A DNA stretch of 64,000 bases from Candidatus Marinacidobacterium sp. (GCA_965204755.1 OZ242011.1:3264001-3328000); one strand, 5' to 3'; positions 9,487 to 19,209 are shown, numbered from the stretch's first letter. Numbers and translations: made by a program. The notes: a model not told the origin generated them from the letters alone.

Positions 9487-10707
9487 GTGACTTCCCCGCC
9501 TTCGCCCTCCCGCCGGACGCCGTCGCTCGCCACGCTCATGTTCGCCGCCATGGGCGTCGGGGCGGGGCTCGGGGCGCTCCTCGGCGAACGGGCCGCCGCC
9601 GGGGCGTTCCTCGGGGACATCTTCATCCGGCTGCTCATCCTGGCGGCCGTGCCCCTCCTCTTCCTGAACCTGGTGAGCGCCCTCGGCTCGGCGGGCGCCG
9701 GCGGAGGGATCTCCGCGGTGGCCTGGCGCTTCGGCGCGTTCGCCGTGCTGACCACCGCCGGCGCCGGCCTCGCCGGTTTCGCGCTCGTGTCGCTGTTCGA
9801 GCCGGGCGCCGGCATGGCGGCGGTCCTCGGGGGCGAGTCCGCCTCGTCGGAACCGCCGGCCGCGTTCGACGGGCCGGAGTTCCTGCGTTCCCTGGTTCCG
9901 GAGAGCGTCTTCGGCGTGTTCGTCGAGCGGCGGGTCGCGGCGGTGGTCGCGCTGGCCCTGTTCCTCGGCGCCGCCTTGCGGACGCTGGAAGAAGGGCCCC
10001 GGGGCGAGATCCTCCGATTCGTCAACGCCGCCACGGCGCTGTTCCGGCGGCTCACCGAAGGCGTGCTGTGGTTCGGGCCGGTGGGGGTCGCCGCCCTCGC
10101 CGCCGCCGCGGTCGGCGAGTACGGAGGCGCGGTCTTCGGGCCGCTCGGCCGCTACATCGCGGCGATCTGGGCGGCGGACCTGGCGGTGCTGCTCACCTAC
10201 CTGGTGTGGATCCGCGCGCTGGCCCGGAGGCCGGCGATCGGGTTCGTCCGCCGCGCGTCCACCGCCTGGATGACCGCGGCCACCACCTGCAGCAGTCTGG
10301 CGAGCCTCTCCGCTTCGCTGGAAACGGCCGGCCGGATCGGGCTGCCGCGCTCCGTGTACTCGTTCACGCTGCCGCTCGGCGCGCAACTCAACAAGGATGG
10401 CAGCGCGGTGATGCTCGGCGGCATGTTCCTGTTCACCGCCCAATCGTCGGGCGCGGACTTCGGATTCGGCGACCTGGCCGCGGTGCTCGCGTTGGCGGTG
10501 CTCATCACCTTCGCGCTTCCCGGCGTGGTGAACGGCGGCGTGGTGGGGCAGATGCTGCTCGTCGGCGCCTTCGGACTCCCGCCGTCGCTGGTCCTGCTCG
10601 TCGCCGGCGTCTATCGCCTGGTGGACATGCCCATGACCGCGCTGAACATCTTCGGCGACCTGGTGGGAACCACGGTCGTCGCGAAACGGCTCGGCCGCGC
10701 GGAATGA
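9487..10707 (+). CDS. Dicarboxylate/amino acid:cation symporter (DAACS/SDF)
   Basis: Multiple TM helices, TCSSLASL, LPLGAQLNKDG, TALNIFGD motifs. Confidence 0.88.
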   Translation: MTSPPSPSRRTPSLATLMFAAMGVGAGLGALLGERAAAGAFLGDIFIRLLILAAVPLLFLNLVSALGSAGAGGGISAVAWRFGAFAVLTTAGAGLAGFALVSLFEPGAGMAAVLGGESASSEPPAAFDGPEFLRSLVPESVFGVFVERRVAAVVALALFLGAALRTLEEGPRGEILRFVNAATALFRRLTEGVLWFGPVGVAALAAAAVGEYGGAVFGPLGRYIAAIWAADLAVLLTYLVWIRALARRPAIGFVRRASTAWMTAATTCSSLASLSASLETAGRIGLPRSVYSFTLPLGAQLNKDGSAVMLGGMFLFTAQSSGADFGFGDLAAVLALAVLITFALPGVVNGGVVGQMLLVGAFGLPPSLVLLVAGVYRLVDMPMTALNIFGDLVGTTVVAKRLGRAE

Positions 10708-11957
10708 CCGCGTCCGGCGCGGCGCCGCGGCGGCGGCCGATCCACGAGGCGCGTTCCCTCTACCCCGGCGCGGCTCGCCGGCCGTACTTCGATGTGGCGG
10801 TGCGCAGCCTGCTGGCCGCGCCGGTGCGCGAAGCGGTGGACCGCTTCCTGGATCGCGCGATGGAAGGCGGTCCGGACAAGGAAGGCCTCCTGGCGGTGGT
10901 GGAGCGGGGCCGCGAGCGGTTCGCCCGCTGGATCGGCGCGGCGCCCGACGAAGTGGCCTGGACCCGGAATGTCACCGACGGCCTGAACCTGTTCCTCGGC
11001 TCGCTGGACTGGCGGACGGGCGACGAGGTGGTGCTCTGCCCGGAGTTGGAGCACCCGGCGAATGTGCTGCCCTGGCGCAACCTGGCGGCGCGGCGCGGCG
11101 TCCGGCTGGTCGAGGTTCCGGCGGACCGGGGGCGTCTCCCGTCTGCGCGGATGGCGGAAGCGGTCGGGCCGCGGACGCGGGTGATCGCCGCCGCCACGGT
11201 CTCGTTCGCTCCCGGACTCGCCGCCGACCTGGGGCCGCTCCGGGAGGCCCGGCGGTCTTCCGGAGCGCTTCTCGTCCTCGACGCCGCGCAGTCCGCGGGC
11301 GTGCTGCCCACCGAGGTGGACGCGCTCGGCGCGGACGCCCTGGCGGTGGCGACGCAGAAGGGGCTCTCGGCGTTCTACGGGACCGGTTTCCTCTACTGCC
11401 GCCGGGAGGTGGCCGAGGCGCTGACTCCGGCCGCGCTCGGGCGGTATGGACTGGACGGCGACGGGGCGGAGACCGAGATTCCGGAGGAGGGGCTGCCCTA
11501 CGCCGGCGGCGCCCGGCGCTTCGACTTGGGCAACTACAACTATCCGGGCGCGGTCGCGGCCGACCGGGCGCTGGAGATGCTCGCCGAGTTCGGGGCGGAG
11601 GCGATCGGGGAGCGCGCGGTCGGCCTGGCGGCGCGGCTGGCGGAAGGGCTCGCCGAACTCGGGTTGCCGGTGGCCGGGTTCGACGGAGCGGACGGGCCGG
11701 GGGCGCCGCGGGAATGGCCCGGAGGGAGCCACATCGTTTCGGTCGGCGCGCCGGGGCGCGGCGGGCATCGGACCACGGAGGATCCGCGGTGGAACGCGCT
11801 CTACCGGCGGCTCGCGGCGGCCGGAGCGCGGCTTTCCATCCGGCGGGGCGTCCTGCGGTTCTCCTGCCACCTGTGGAACGAGGAAAGCGAGGTGGACGGG
11901 ATCCTGGAGGTCGCCGGCGGGTTCGTCCGGGCCGGGGGCCTCCGGCAGCCGGGCTGA
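10704..11957 (+). CDS. Aminotransferase class V / cysteine desulfurase-like PLP enzyme
   Basis: RNVTDGLN, EHPANVLPW, LDAAQSAG, ATQKG (PLP lysine), RFSCHLWN; ATGA overlap with the symporter. Confidence 0.88.
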   Translation: MTASGAAPRRRPIHEARSLYPGAARRPYFDVAVRSLLAAPVREAVDRFLDRAMEGGPDKEGLLAVVERGRERFARWIGAAPDEVAWTRNVTDGLNLFLGSLDWRTGDEVVLCPELEHPANVLPWRNLAARRGVRLVEVPADRGRLPSARMAEAVGPRTRVIAAATVSFAPGLAADLGPLREARRSSGALLVLDAAQSAGVLPTEVDALGADALAVATQKGLSAFYGTGFLYCRREVAEALTPAALGRYGLDGDGAETEIPEEGLPYAGGARRFDLGNYNYPGAVAADRALEMLAEFGAEAIGERAVGLAARLAEGLAELGLPVAGFDGADGPGAPREWPGGSHIVSVGAPGRGGHRTTEDPRWNALYRRLAAAGARLSIRRGVLRFSCHLWNEESEVDGILEVAGGFVRAGGLRQPG

Positions 11958-12046
11958 CCGGGGCGGGCGGCGGGTACACTCCGCCTTCTGCATTCGGCGC
12001 GGCGCGTCCGCGCTCCGGAGAACCTTCCCCAGGAGGAATCCCGACC

Positions 12047-12559
12047 ATGACTCGACCGACGATGACTCGAATCGCCGCCGCCCTCGCGGGCCTGTTCGCC
12101 GCCGGCGGGCTCGCCGCCGCGCATCCGCACTTCAACAAGACGGTCTCCACCACCGTCGGCGAAGTGGAAGTGTCCGTCTCCTACAACTCCACCGACGCCA
12201 ACATGGAGCGGGTGGCCGCCGTCGAGGCCGACACCTTCGTGAGCCCCCGCGGCCCGCGCCTGAACCTGTCCGGCGAAGTGATGGCCGGAGGAACGACGAT
12301 CGCCGCCGGCGAGTACACCATCGGCGTCATGAAGAGCATGGACGGCGCCTGGACGATGGCGCTCCACGAGGGCCGGATTCCCCGCGGCGAGATGCCGGAC
12401 ATGGCGAAGGTGACGAAGTTGGACTCGCGCTACTCCGAGGACATGGGGTCGGCCGCCCACATGCGGATCGACATCACCGCCGGCTCCGGCGACTTCGCCG
12501 GCAAACCGGTGATCGAGATCCACTTCGGCCACATGCACCTGCAGGCGGCCATCGGGTAG
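12047..12559 (+). CDS. Secreted protein, DUF2911-like
   Basis: AGGAGG RBS, signal peptide, EVSVSY and GGTTIAAGEYTI pattern. Confidence 0.65.
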   Translation: MTRPTMTRIAAALAGLFAAGGLAAAHPHFNKTVSTTVGEVEVSVSYNSTDANMERVAAVEADTFVSPRGPRLNLSGEVMAGGTTIAAGEYTIGVMKSMDGAWTMALHEGRIPRGEMPDMAKVTKLDSRYSEDMGSAAHMRIDITAGSGDFAGKPVIEIHFGHMHLQAAIG

Positions 12560-12742
12560 GGCCCGAGAACCTCTGTCGCGCGGCGCCGGCGGCTGCGACA
12601 GCCGGCGCCGCGTTCCACGGCGCCCGCGTCTTGCCGGTCGCCGTTCCGGGGACGGACAGTCCGGCGAACTGCGACGCGCCGCCATGACCCCGCGAGCGCC
12701 GCCGGGCGCCCGCCGATCGCCGCTGCCTCGGTACTCGCGCAC

Positions 12743-15553
12743 ATGAATCTCCACCGACTTTCCGCCGGCGCCCGCTACGCGCTGCTCGGCGTCGGGGTCC
12801 TGGGCGCCTTGGCGGCGAGGTGGCAGGCGCTCCCCTACGAGTCCGGGGACTACATCAATCATCTCGGCCCCTGGTGGAACTTCATTCGGGACAACGGCGG
12901 CTTCGCCGCCCTCCGACACGAGTTCTCGAACTACAACCCGCCCTACCTGTATTTGCTCGCTGCCGGTTCTTATCTCGATCCATGGGTTCGCGACCTGACC
13001 GTGATCAAGGGGATCGGCTTCTTCTTCGATCTCCTCCTCGCCTTCTTCGTCCTGCTTGCCGTCCGGCTCCGGCACCCCCCGCCGAGTCTCCTCCCGGCCG
13101 GCGCGGCGCTCGCCGTCCTGTTCGCGCCCTGGGTGTTCCTGAACAGCGCCGTGTGGGGGCAGGCGGACTCCACCTATGTCGCCTTCCTGGCCGGGTCCCT
13201 GTACTTCCTGCTCGCCGGACGCCGCGCGTGGGCGTTCCTCTTCTTCGGCCTTGCGTTCTCGTTCAAACTGCAGGCGATCTTCTTCGCGCCGCCGCTCCTC
13301 TGGCTGCTGCTCAAGGGCGAAGCGCGCTGGCGCGAGGCTCTGCTGAGTCCGCTGGCTTTTGCGCTGTCGCTGCTCCCGGCCGCCTGGATCGGTCGGCCGT
13401 GGAGCGAACTGCTCTCGATCTACCCGGCCCAGACGACCGTCTCGCGCGCCCTCGCCAACACCGGCCCGGGCCTGTACCACTGGTTCTTCATCTCCGGCGA
13501 GTGGGCGCCGCTGTTCGTGGGCGCCGCCGCGATCGCGCTGCTGCTCGTCACCGACTTCCTGGTGAGGAGTGGCCGCGCGATCGGCGAGCGGCTCACGCTG
13601 CTCGCCACCTTCGCAGCGCTGCTCCTCCCTTGGATCCTGCCGCATATTCGGGAGCGGGACTACTATCCGGCCGAGACGCTGTCGATCGTACTCGCGTTCT
13701 TCTGTCCGCGCTACTGGTTCGCACCGGTGACTCTCGGTCTGATCGCGACGATCGGATACCTGCAGTACCTGTTGTGGTGGGGGCGCAACCCGGTTCCGGA
13801 ACATTGGCTCTCACTCGGCGTGTTGTCGCTGCTGGTCGTGTTGGGGCGCCGCGTGTTCCGGGACTTCGCCGTCCCGAACGGCAACCCTGCCATGCGCTCG
13901 CTGTTTCGCGGTCCCCGGGCGCTGGTCTGGTTCTCGGTAGTCTTGGTGGCCACCGCCTCCGCGGCGTACGGCGGACACCGCGCGCTGCGCCACCGGGCGG
14001 TGGAGGAGCGCATCGCGGCGGCGGGAGCGCCCGTCGTTCCTGCTCCGTGGGCGGTCTATCGGGAAGAGGACGGCGAAGAGCGAAACCTGCTCTATTTCCG
14101 GGAAGGGTGCTACACGAAGACGGATCGCTTCGTTCTGCACTTCTATCCCCGGGACGCGGAGCGCCTGGCGCCGACTCGAAGACGATGGGGTTTCTCCGTT
14201 CTCGAGTTCGACTTCGAGGAGCGCGAACTGATGTGGGGCCGGAATTGTCTCGCTTCCGTACCGTTGCCCGATTACCCCCTGAGTTCCGTCGTGACCGGTC
14301 AAGTGCGAGAACGGGACGACCGCTCGCCCAAGTTCCTTTGGCTCGCGGGATTTCGCCCCCCCCCCCCCCCCCCCCCCCCCCCCGGCACCGGGACCGGGAC
14401 CGCTCCGCCGGAGGAGACGGCTTCCCCGAGGTTCGAGGGGCCGATCGACCCGGAGCGCTACCGGACGCCGCTCAGCGCCCTCGCCGCCGGGGAGTGGGGG
14501 GCGCTGGTCGCGAGGTCCGCATTCGACATCTACCTCCGGGGGAGCGAACTCCGATATCACCGGGAACACTGCACGCGGGCTGACCTGAGGGGGCGTTTCC
14601 TCCTGCGTCTCCACCTCCCTTCTTCCGACGCCGCGCCGGCCCGTGAACCGCTGATTCGGGACTTCGACTTCTACGACTACGGGGTCATCGAAGACGGACG
14701 ATGCCTGGCGCTCGTCCCCCTTCCGGAAGGCCGCTACACGAAGTTGAACACCGGCCAGTTTACGGAGTCGAGTCTATGGCGGGTTTCGGTCGATCTGGGA
14801 CATCGGGAGGCGCTTCGTTCGCTGACGGCGGGGGAGTGGGGTGAACCCGAGGCGCGGGCCGCCTTCGATGTCTATCTCTACGGAAACGAGATCCGGTACT
14901 TCCGGGAACCGTGCGCCGCCCGCGATGTGGAGGCCCGCTTCTTCTTGCACTTCTACGGCCCTCCGATCGAGTTGCCGCCCGGTTCGTCAGCGGATGCCGC
15001 CAGGAAACGGGTGTTCGCAAACCGGGACTTCGCTTTCTCCGAATACGGCGCCATCCTCGGCGACCGTTGCCTGGCGATGGTTCCGGCGACGGACCCGGAC
15101 GCCTTCCGCATCTCGACCGGCCAGTTCGCGGCGGGGGAACTGCCGACCTGGAATGTCGACCTGTGGCCCGGGAAACGCCTTCTCGAGTCGCGGCTCGAAG
15201 CCGTCTCCTCCGGCGGGCTCGGTGAGCCGAAAGCCCGCTCCGCCTTCGACATCTATCTCGAGGACTCCGCCGTGGTGTTCCATCGCGCTTCGTGCGCATC
15301 GAGTGATTTGGAGGCGCGTTTCTTCCTCCGCTTCGATCCGGCGCGAGAGACCGACGCGCCGCTCGAGGCCGGCGACGCCGGCCTCCTCGAACGATACTTC
15401 GACTTCACCGAATTCGGGTTCCTCTCCGCCGGTCAGTGTCTCGCGCGCGTGCCGATCCCGGACTCCGCCGGAGACCGCTTCCGCGCCGGTCAGTTTTCGT
15501 CGGACGGATGGTCGCAGTGGTGGGCGGAAGTGAAGTTTTCCCCCGGTCGGTAG
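12743..15553 (+). CDS. GT-C membrane glycosyltransferase (GT87/DUF2029-like) with four C-terminal repeat domains
   Basis: NYNPPYLY, NSAVWGQADS, FKLQA, PHIRERDYY within a multi-TM region; four repeats FDIYL..Y.RE.C..RF.L..DF.F..G.CLA..TGQF. Confidence 0.85.
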   Translation: MNLHRLSAGARYALLGVGVLGALAARWQALPYESGDYINHLGPWWNFIRDNGGFAALRHEFSNYNPPYLYLLAAGSYLDPWVRDLTVIKGIGFFFDLLLAFFVLLAVRLRHPPPSLLPAGAALAVLFAPWVFLNSAVWGQADSTYVAFLAGSLYFLLAGRRAWAFLFFGLAFSFKLQAIFFAPPLLWLLLKGEARWREALLSPLAFALSLLPAAWIGRPWSELLSIYPAQTTVSRALANTGPGLYHWFFISGEWAPLFVGAAAIALLLVTDFLVRSGRAIGERLTLLATFAALLLPWILPHIRERDYYPAETLSIVLAFFCPRYWFAPVTLGLIATIGYLQYLLWWGRNPVPEHWLSLGVLSLLVVLGRRVFRDFAVPNGNPAMRSLFRGPRALVWFSVVLVATASAAYGGHRALRHRAVEERIAAAGAPVVPAPWAVYREEDGEERNLLYFREGCYTKTDRFVLHFYPRDAERLAPTRRRWGFSVLEFDFEERELMWGRNCLASVPLPDYPLSSVVTGQVRERDDRSPKFLWLAGFRPPPPPPPPPGTGTGTAPPEETASPRFEGPIDPERYRTPLSALAAGEWGALVARSAFDIYLRGSELRYHREHCTRADLRGRFLLRLHLPSSDAAPAREPLIRDFDFYDYGVIEDGRCLALVPLPEGRYTKLNTGQFTESSLWRVSVDLGHREALRSLTAGEWGEPEARAAFDVYLYGNEIRYFREPCAARDVEARFFLHFYGPPIELPPGSSADAARKRVFANRDFAFSEYGAILGDRCLAMVPATDPDAFRISTGQFAAGELPTWNVDLWPGKRLLESRLEAVSSGGLGEPKARSAFDIYLEDSAVVFHRASCASSDLEARFFLRFDPARETDAPLEAGDAGLLERYFDFTEFGFLSAGQCLARVPIPDSAGDRFRAGQFSSDGWSQWWAEVKFSPGR
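14356..14383 (+). repeat. C28 homopolymer (encodes Pro9)
   Basis: 28 consecutive C, in frame within the glycosyltransferase linker. Confidence 0.9.
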
Positions 15554-15557
15554 AAGA
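14864..15557 (+). repeat. ~690 bp direct repeat, copy 1 (two C-terminal domains of GT 1)
   Basis: Colinear, highly similar to 17269-17962; both end CCCCGGTCGGTAGAAGA. Confidence 0.9.
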
Positions 15558-15582
15558 TCGGGGGGTCGAGTTCGCTCGGCGC

Positions 15583-17958
15583 GTGGTTCAGGTCTGCCTC
15601 CGCCGTCCGTGGCGCTCGCTCGCCGCGAGGACCGGCGGACGCCCTCTCGGGCGGGGCCCCACGGCCTACCTCGTCGTCGTTTCCGCGTTGGCCGCGGCCT
15701 TGGTGCTGGCGCGCATGTCCACTTGGGGAGTGGGCTGGGAGAGGGACTCCGCCCACTACCTCGCCGCGGCGCGCACGCTGCTGGCCGGAGAGGGTCTCCA
15801 GGAAGTGCGCGATGCCCCGTTCACCTGGTGGCCCCCGCTCTACCCGCTCCTCCTGGCGGCGGGAGGCATCTTCGTCGACCCGCTCGAAGTTCCCGGCCCG
15901 CTGAACCTGGTCGCTTTCGCGCTGACGATCTTCTGCTTCGGCCGCTATCTCTGGGCGCGACTGGATTCGATCTTCCTCAGGGTCTGGATCCCGCTCGCCT
16001 GTGCGCTCTCGCTGCCGCTCGCCGAGGGCGCTCGCTGGGCGATGACAGAGACGCCGTTCATCCTCCTGACGACGCTCGCACTCATGAGCGTCGACGAGTA
16101 CCGCGCGAATGGCTCGTCGAAGGCTTTCCTCTTCACGGCAGTCCTCTCCGCCCTGGCGTGGCAGACCAGATACATGGGCGCGGCTCTCGTGGTCACCGCG
16201 GGACTGTTGATCCTGTTCGACGGACGACGCCTCGTTCCGGAACGGGTGAAGCGCCTCGCGGTGTTCGGCGCCATAGCCTCGGCGCCGATGGCGCTGTGGG
16301 TTCTGCGCAACTACGGTTTCGCCGGCCGGCCGATCCCGAGTATCGTTCCGCAGGACTACAGTTGGCGAGGACTCTTCGAGGATCTCGTCGGCCACCTGTG
16401 GAGTTGGGCCGACTTCGATCGGGGCCCCGCGACGCTGGTGTTCGTCCTCTTGCTGGCGCTCGTTGCGGCTCTGGCGCGAGGGCGGCTCGCAGCGATCGGC
16501 CAACGGACGGGCCGCTCGGCGGCCTCTGCCTCGAACCTCGTTACCGTCTGGGGGTTCTTCGGGCTCGCGTATCTCGCCTGCTTGATGGCTTCCCTGATGA
16601 TGGGGGCTTCGTGGAGCGGGGTGCAGGCCCGCTATGTGACGCCCTTGTACATTCCGGCGCTCGCCGTCTTGGCGGGCCTGCTCGACCGGTTCCTCGTCCG
16701 GGAGCGAGCCCGCCGCCGGTCCGTAAGTCGCCTGTTGAGCCCGGTCTCGATGATCTGTCTGTCGGCTTGGTTGGTCGGGCAGGGCGCCCCCACCGTCCGC
16801 GCGATCACTCGCGCGAATTCGGAAGATTTCTCCAACCGGAACGGTTTGGCCGCCGCGCGTTGGACCCGTTCGGAGACGCTGGACGCCCTCGTACGCCTTC
16901 AGTCCTTGCGTATCCGACCGACTGCCACCAACGATGCGGACGCCGTGTCCCTCCACACCGGCGCGCGCGGTTTGCGGGACCTGCCGACAAACCGTGAAAT
17001 CGCCGTGAATTCCGACTTCACCGAGTGGCTCGACCGCCTGCCCGACGGGACCCGCATCGTCTGGTTTCGGCGATGGGACGCGGAAAGGGAACACTTCGTC
17101 CCGACCCCGCTCGCGCTGCGGTTCACGCCCGGTCTCGTTCCGGTCGGAGAGTTCGGCGACGGAGCCATCCTGGAGGTCGACCGTTCTTCTTCCCCGAAGG
17201 TTCCGCCGGCAGCCCGTTTCGATTCGCGGGCCGTCGCTCCGCCGGGCGCGCTGATCGCCGGCGATGTATTCGATGTCTATCTCGACGGGAACGAAATCCG
17301 GTACTTCCGGGAACCGTGCGCCGCCCGCGATGTGGAGGCCCGCTTCTTCCTGCATTTCTACGGCCCTCCGACCGAGTTGACGGCCGGTTCGCCGGCGGAT
17401 GCCGCCCGGAAACGGAAGTTCGAGAACCGGGACTTCTCTTTCTTCGAATACGGCGCCATCCTCGATGGCCGTTGCTTGGCGATGGCGCCGGCGGCGGATC
17501 CGGGCGCCTTCCGGATCTCCACCGGCCAGTTCGCGCCGGGAGAACCGCCGACCTGGAGCGTCGACCTGTGGCCCGGGAAGCGCCTTCTCGAGTCGCGACT
17601 CGAATCCATCTCCTCCGGCGGGCTCGGCGAGCCGAAAGCCCGCTCCGCCTTCGACATCTATCTCGAGGATTCCGCCGTGGTGTTCCATCGCGCTTCGTGC
17701 GCTTCGAGTGACTTGGAGGCGCGTTTCTTCCTCCGCTTCGGTCCGGCGCGCGAGACCGACCCGCCGCTCGATCCCGCTGGCCGCGGTCTTCTCGAACGGG
17801 ACTTCGATTTCACCGATTTCGGGTTTCTCTCCGACGGTCAGTGTCTCGCGCGGGCGCCGCTCCCGGACTCTGTCGGGGGCCGCCTCCGCGCCGGTCAGTT
17901 CTCGCCCGACGGAGAGCCGCTCTGGTCGGTGGAAGTCGCCCTTTCCCCCGGTCGGTAG
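15583..17958 (+). CDS. GT-C membrane glycosyltransferase (ArnT/PMT-like) with two C-terminal repeat domains
   Basis: DSAHYLAAA, WPPLYPLLLA, MTETPF, QTRYMG, QARYVTPLY; start codon uncertain (GTG at 15583). Confidence 0.82.
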   Translation: MVQVCLRRPWRSLAARTGGRPLGRGPTAYLVVVSALAAALVLARMSTWGVGWERDSAHYLAAARTLLAGEGLQEVRDAPFTWWPPLYPLLLAAGGIFVDPLEVPGPLNLVAFALTIFCFGRYLWARLDSIFLRVWIPLACALSLPLAEGARWAMTETPFILLTTLALMSVDEYRANGSSKAFLFTAVLSALAWQTRYMGAALVVTAGLLILFDGRRLVPERVKRLAVFGAIASAPMALWVLRNYGFAGRPIPSIVPQDYSWRGLFEDLVGHLWSWADFDRGPATLVFVLLLALVAALARGRLAAIGQRTGRSAASASNLVTVWGFFGLAYLACLMASLMMGASWSGVQARYVTPLYIPALAVLAGLLDRFLVRERARRRSVSRLLSPVSMICLSAWLVGQGAPTVRAITRANSEDFSNRNGLAAARWTRSETLDALVRLQSLRIRPTATNDADAVSLHTGARGLRDLPTNREIAVNSDFTEWLDRLPDGTRIVWFRRWDAEREHFVPTPLALRFTPGLVPVGEFGDGAILEVDRSSSPKVPPAARFDSRAVAPPGALIAGDVFDVYLDGNEIRYFREPCAARDVEARFFLHFYGPPTELTAGSPADAARKRKFENRDFSFFEYGAILDGRCLAMAPAADPGAFRISTGQFAPGEPPTWSVDLWPGKRLLESRLESISSGGLGEPKARSAFDIYLEDSAVVFHRASCASSDLEARFFLRFGPARETDPPLDPAGRGLLERDFDFTDFGFLSDGQCLARAPLPDSVGGRLRAGQFSPDGEPLWSVEVALSPGR

Positions 17959-17962
17959 AAGA
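17269..17962 (+). repeat. ~690 bp direct repeat, copy 2
   Basis: Matches 14864-15557. Confidence 0.9.
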
Positions 17963-18003
17963 GCCGGGCGGCTCGCGGCGGGCGGTCGCCGAGGCCGGCG
18001 GTC

Positions 18004-19170
18004 TCAGTCCCGGCCGCCGAGGCGGGGCAGGTCGCGCGTGATGCGCCGCGCCGGCAGCGCGCGGATGTTCGGAGCGAGGTCGTAGGTCTCCGTCCCGGCG
18101 TGGATTACTTCGAGTCGTTCGAGACCGAGCGACTCGAACGCCGACGCCATCGAAGGTGTCCGCCGCGGCGCCTCGGCGCGCTTCACTTCGAAGCCGAGTC
18201 GCCGATTGCCGGAGACGACCAGGAGGTCGAGCGACGCGCCGGAGTGGGCGGTCCAGTGGTAGCAGTCCCGCCGGGGAACGCCCGACGCGCGGACGACCTG
18301 CTCGATGACGAAACCTTCCCAGGACGCGCCCGCCTTCGGATGGGAGAGCACTTCCTCGCGCCCGGTGAGGCCGAGCAGGGCATGGAGCAGCCCGGAATCG
18401 CCCAGGTAGATCTTCGGCGAGCGCGACTGGCGCTTACGCAGGTTCTCGAACCACGGCGGAAGTTGCCGCACGAGGAAGACCGAGGTGAGGAAATCCAGGT
18501 AGCGCCGGACGGTCGTATGCGAGACGCCGAAGGATCGGCCGATCTCGGCGCCGTTCCATAGTTGCCCGTGCCAGTGGGCGAGCATCGTCCAGAACCGCCG
18601 GTAGGTCGTGGAGGAGACCGGACTGCCCCACGCCGCCAGGTCCCGCGCCAGGAAGGTCTCGATGAAGAGGTCCCGCCACCGGCGGCTCGCCCGCTCCGAG
18701 GCTGCGAGGAAGGACCGCGGAAAGCCGCCGCGTATCCACAACCTGTCGATGTCGTTTCCGGCTTCCGACAGGTCGAGACCCTCCAGGTGGTGGAACGCCA
18801 CCCGCCCGGCGAGCGACTCGGAGGTCTGGCGGAGCAGGTCGCCCGACGCGCTGCCCAGCACCAGGAACCGGGCGGGCGTCTTCGGGCGGTCGGCCAACAC
18901 GCGCAGCAGCGGGAACACCTCGGGGAGGTGGTGGATCTCGTCGAGGACGACGAGCCCGCGCAGGGGCCGCAGTTCGAGCCCGGCGTCGGAGAGCCGGGCG
19001 AGATGGATCGGATCCTCCAGGTCGAACCAGTGCGTCGGGCCGCGCCGGGCGTCCCGCAACTGTCCGGCGAGGGTGGTCTTGCCGACTTGGCGCGCGCCGA
19101 GCAGGCAGACGACCGGGAACTCGCGGAGGAGTCGGCGGACGCGCCGCAACTCGCCGGGCCGGGAAATCAT
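18004..19170 (-). CDS. AAA_14/DUF4143 ATP-binding protein
   Basis: GARQVGKT, LDEIH, LGSAS, ESLAGR, RGGFP, SPKIYLGDSGL, GASWEG, C-terminal DLL..GFEVK. Confidence 0.9.
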   Translation of the reverse strand: MISRPGELRRVRRLLREFPVVCLLGARQVGKTTLAGQLRDARRGPTHWFDLEDPIHLARLSDAGLELRPLRGLVVLDEIHHLPEVFPLLRVLADRPKTPARFLVLGSASGDLLRQTSESLAGRVAFHHLEGLDLSEAGNDIDRLWIRGGFPRSFLAASERASRRWRDLFIETFLARDLAAWGSPVSSTTYRRFWTMLAHWHGQLWNGAEIGRSFGVSHTTVRRYLDFLTSVFLVRQLPPWFENLRKRQSRSPKIYLGDSGLLHALLGLTGREEVLSHPKAGASWEGFVIEQVVRASGVPRRDCYHWTAHSGASLDLLVVSGNRRLGFEVKRAEAPRRTPSMASAFESLGLERLEVIHAGTETYDLAPNIRALPARRITRDLPRLGGRD

Positions 19171-19209
19171 GACTGGAAATATGAACGCATCACGCACAGA
19201 TTTCAAGTC
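19171..19209 (-). promoter_or_regulatory. Sigma70-like promoter overlapped by an inverted repeat; probable leaderless transcript
   Basis: Minus strand TTGAAA-17 nt-CATATT-7 nt-ATG; arms GACTGGAAATATG / CAGATTTCAAGTC (11/13 complementary). Confidence 0.5.

Noticed and set aside
14864-17962. Diversity-generating retroelement TR/VR pair
   Set aside because: No reverse transcriptase in the window, both copies are coding, and mismatches are not adenine-specific.
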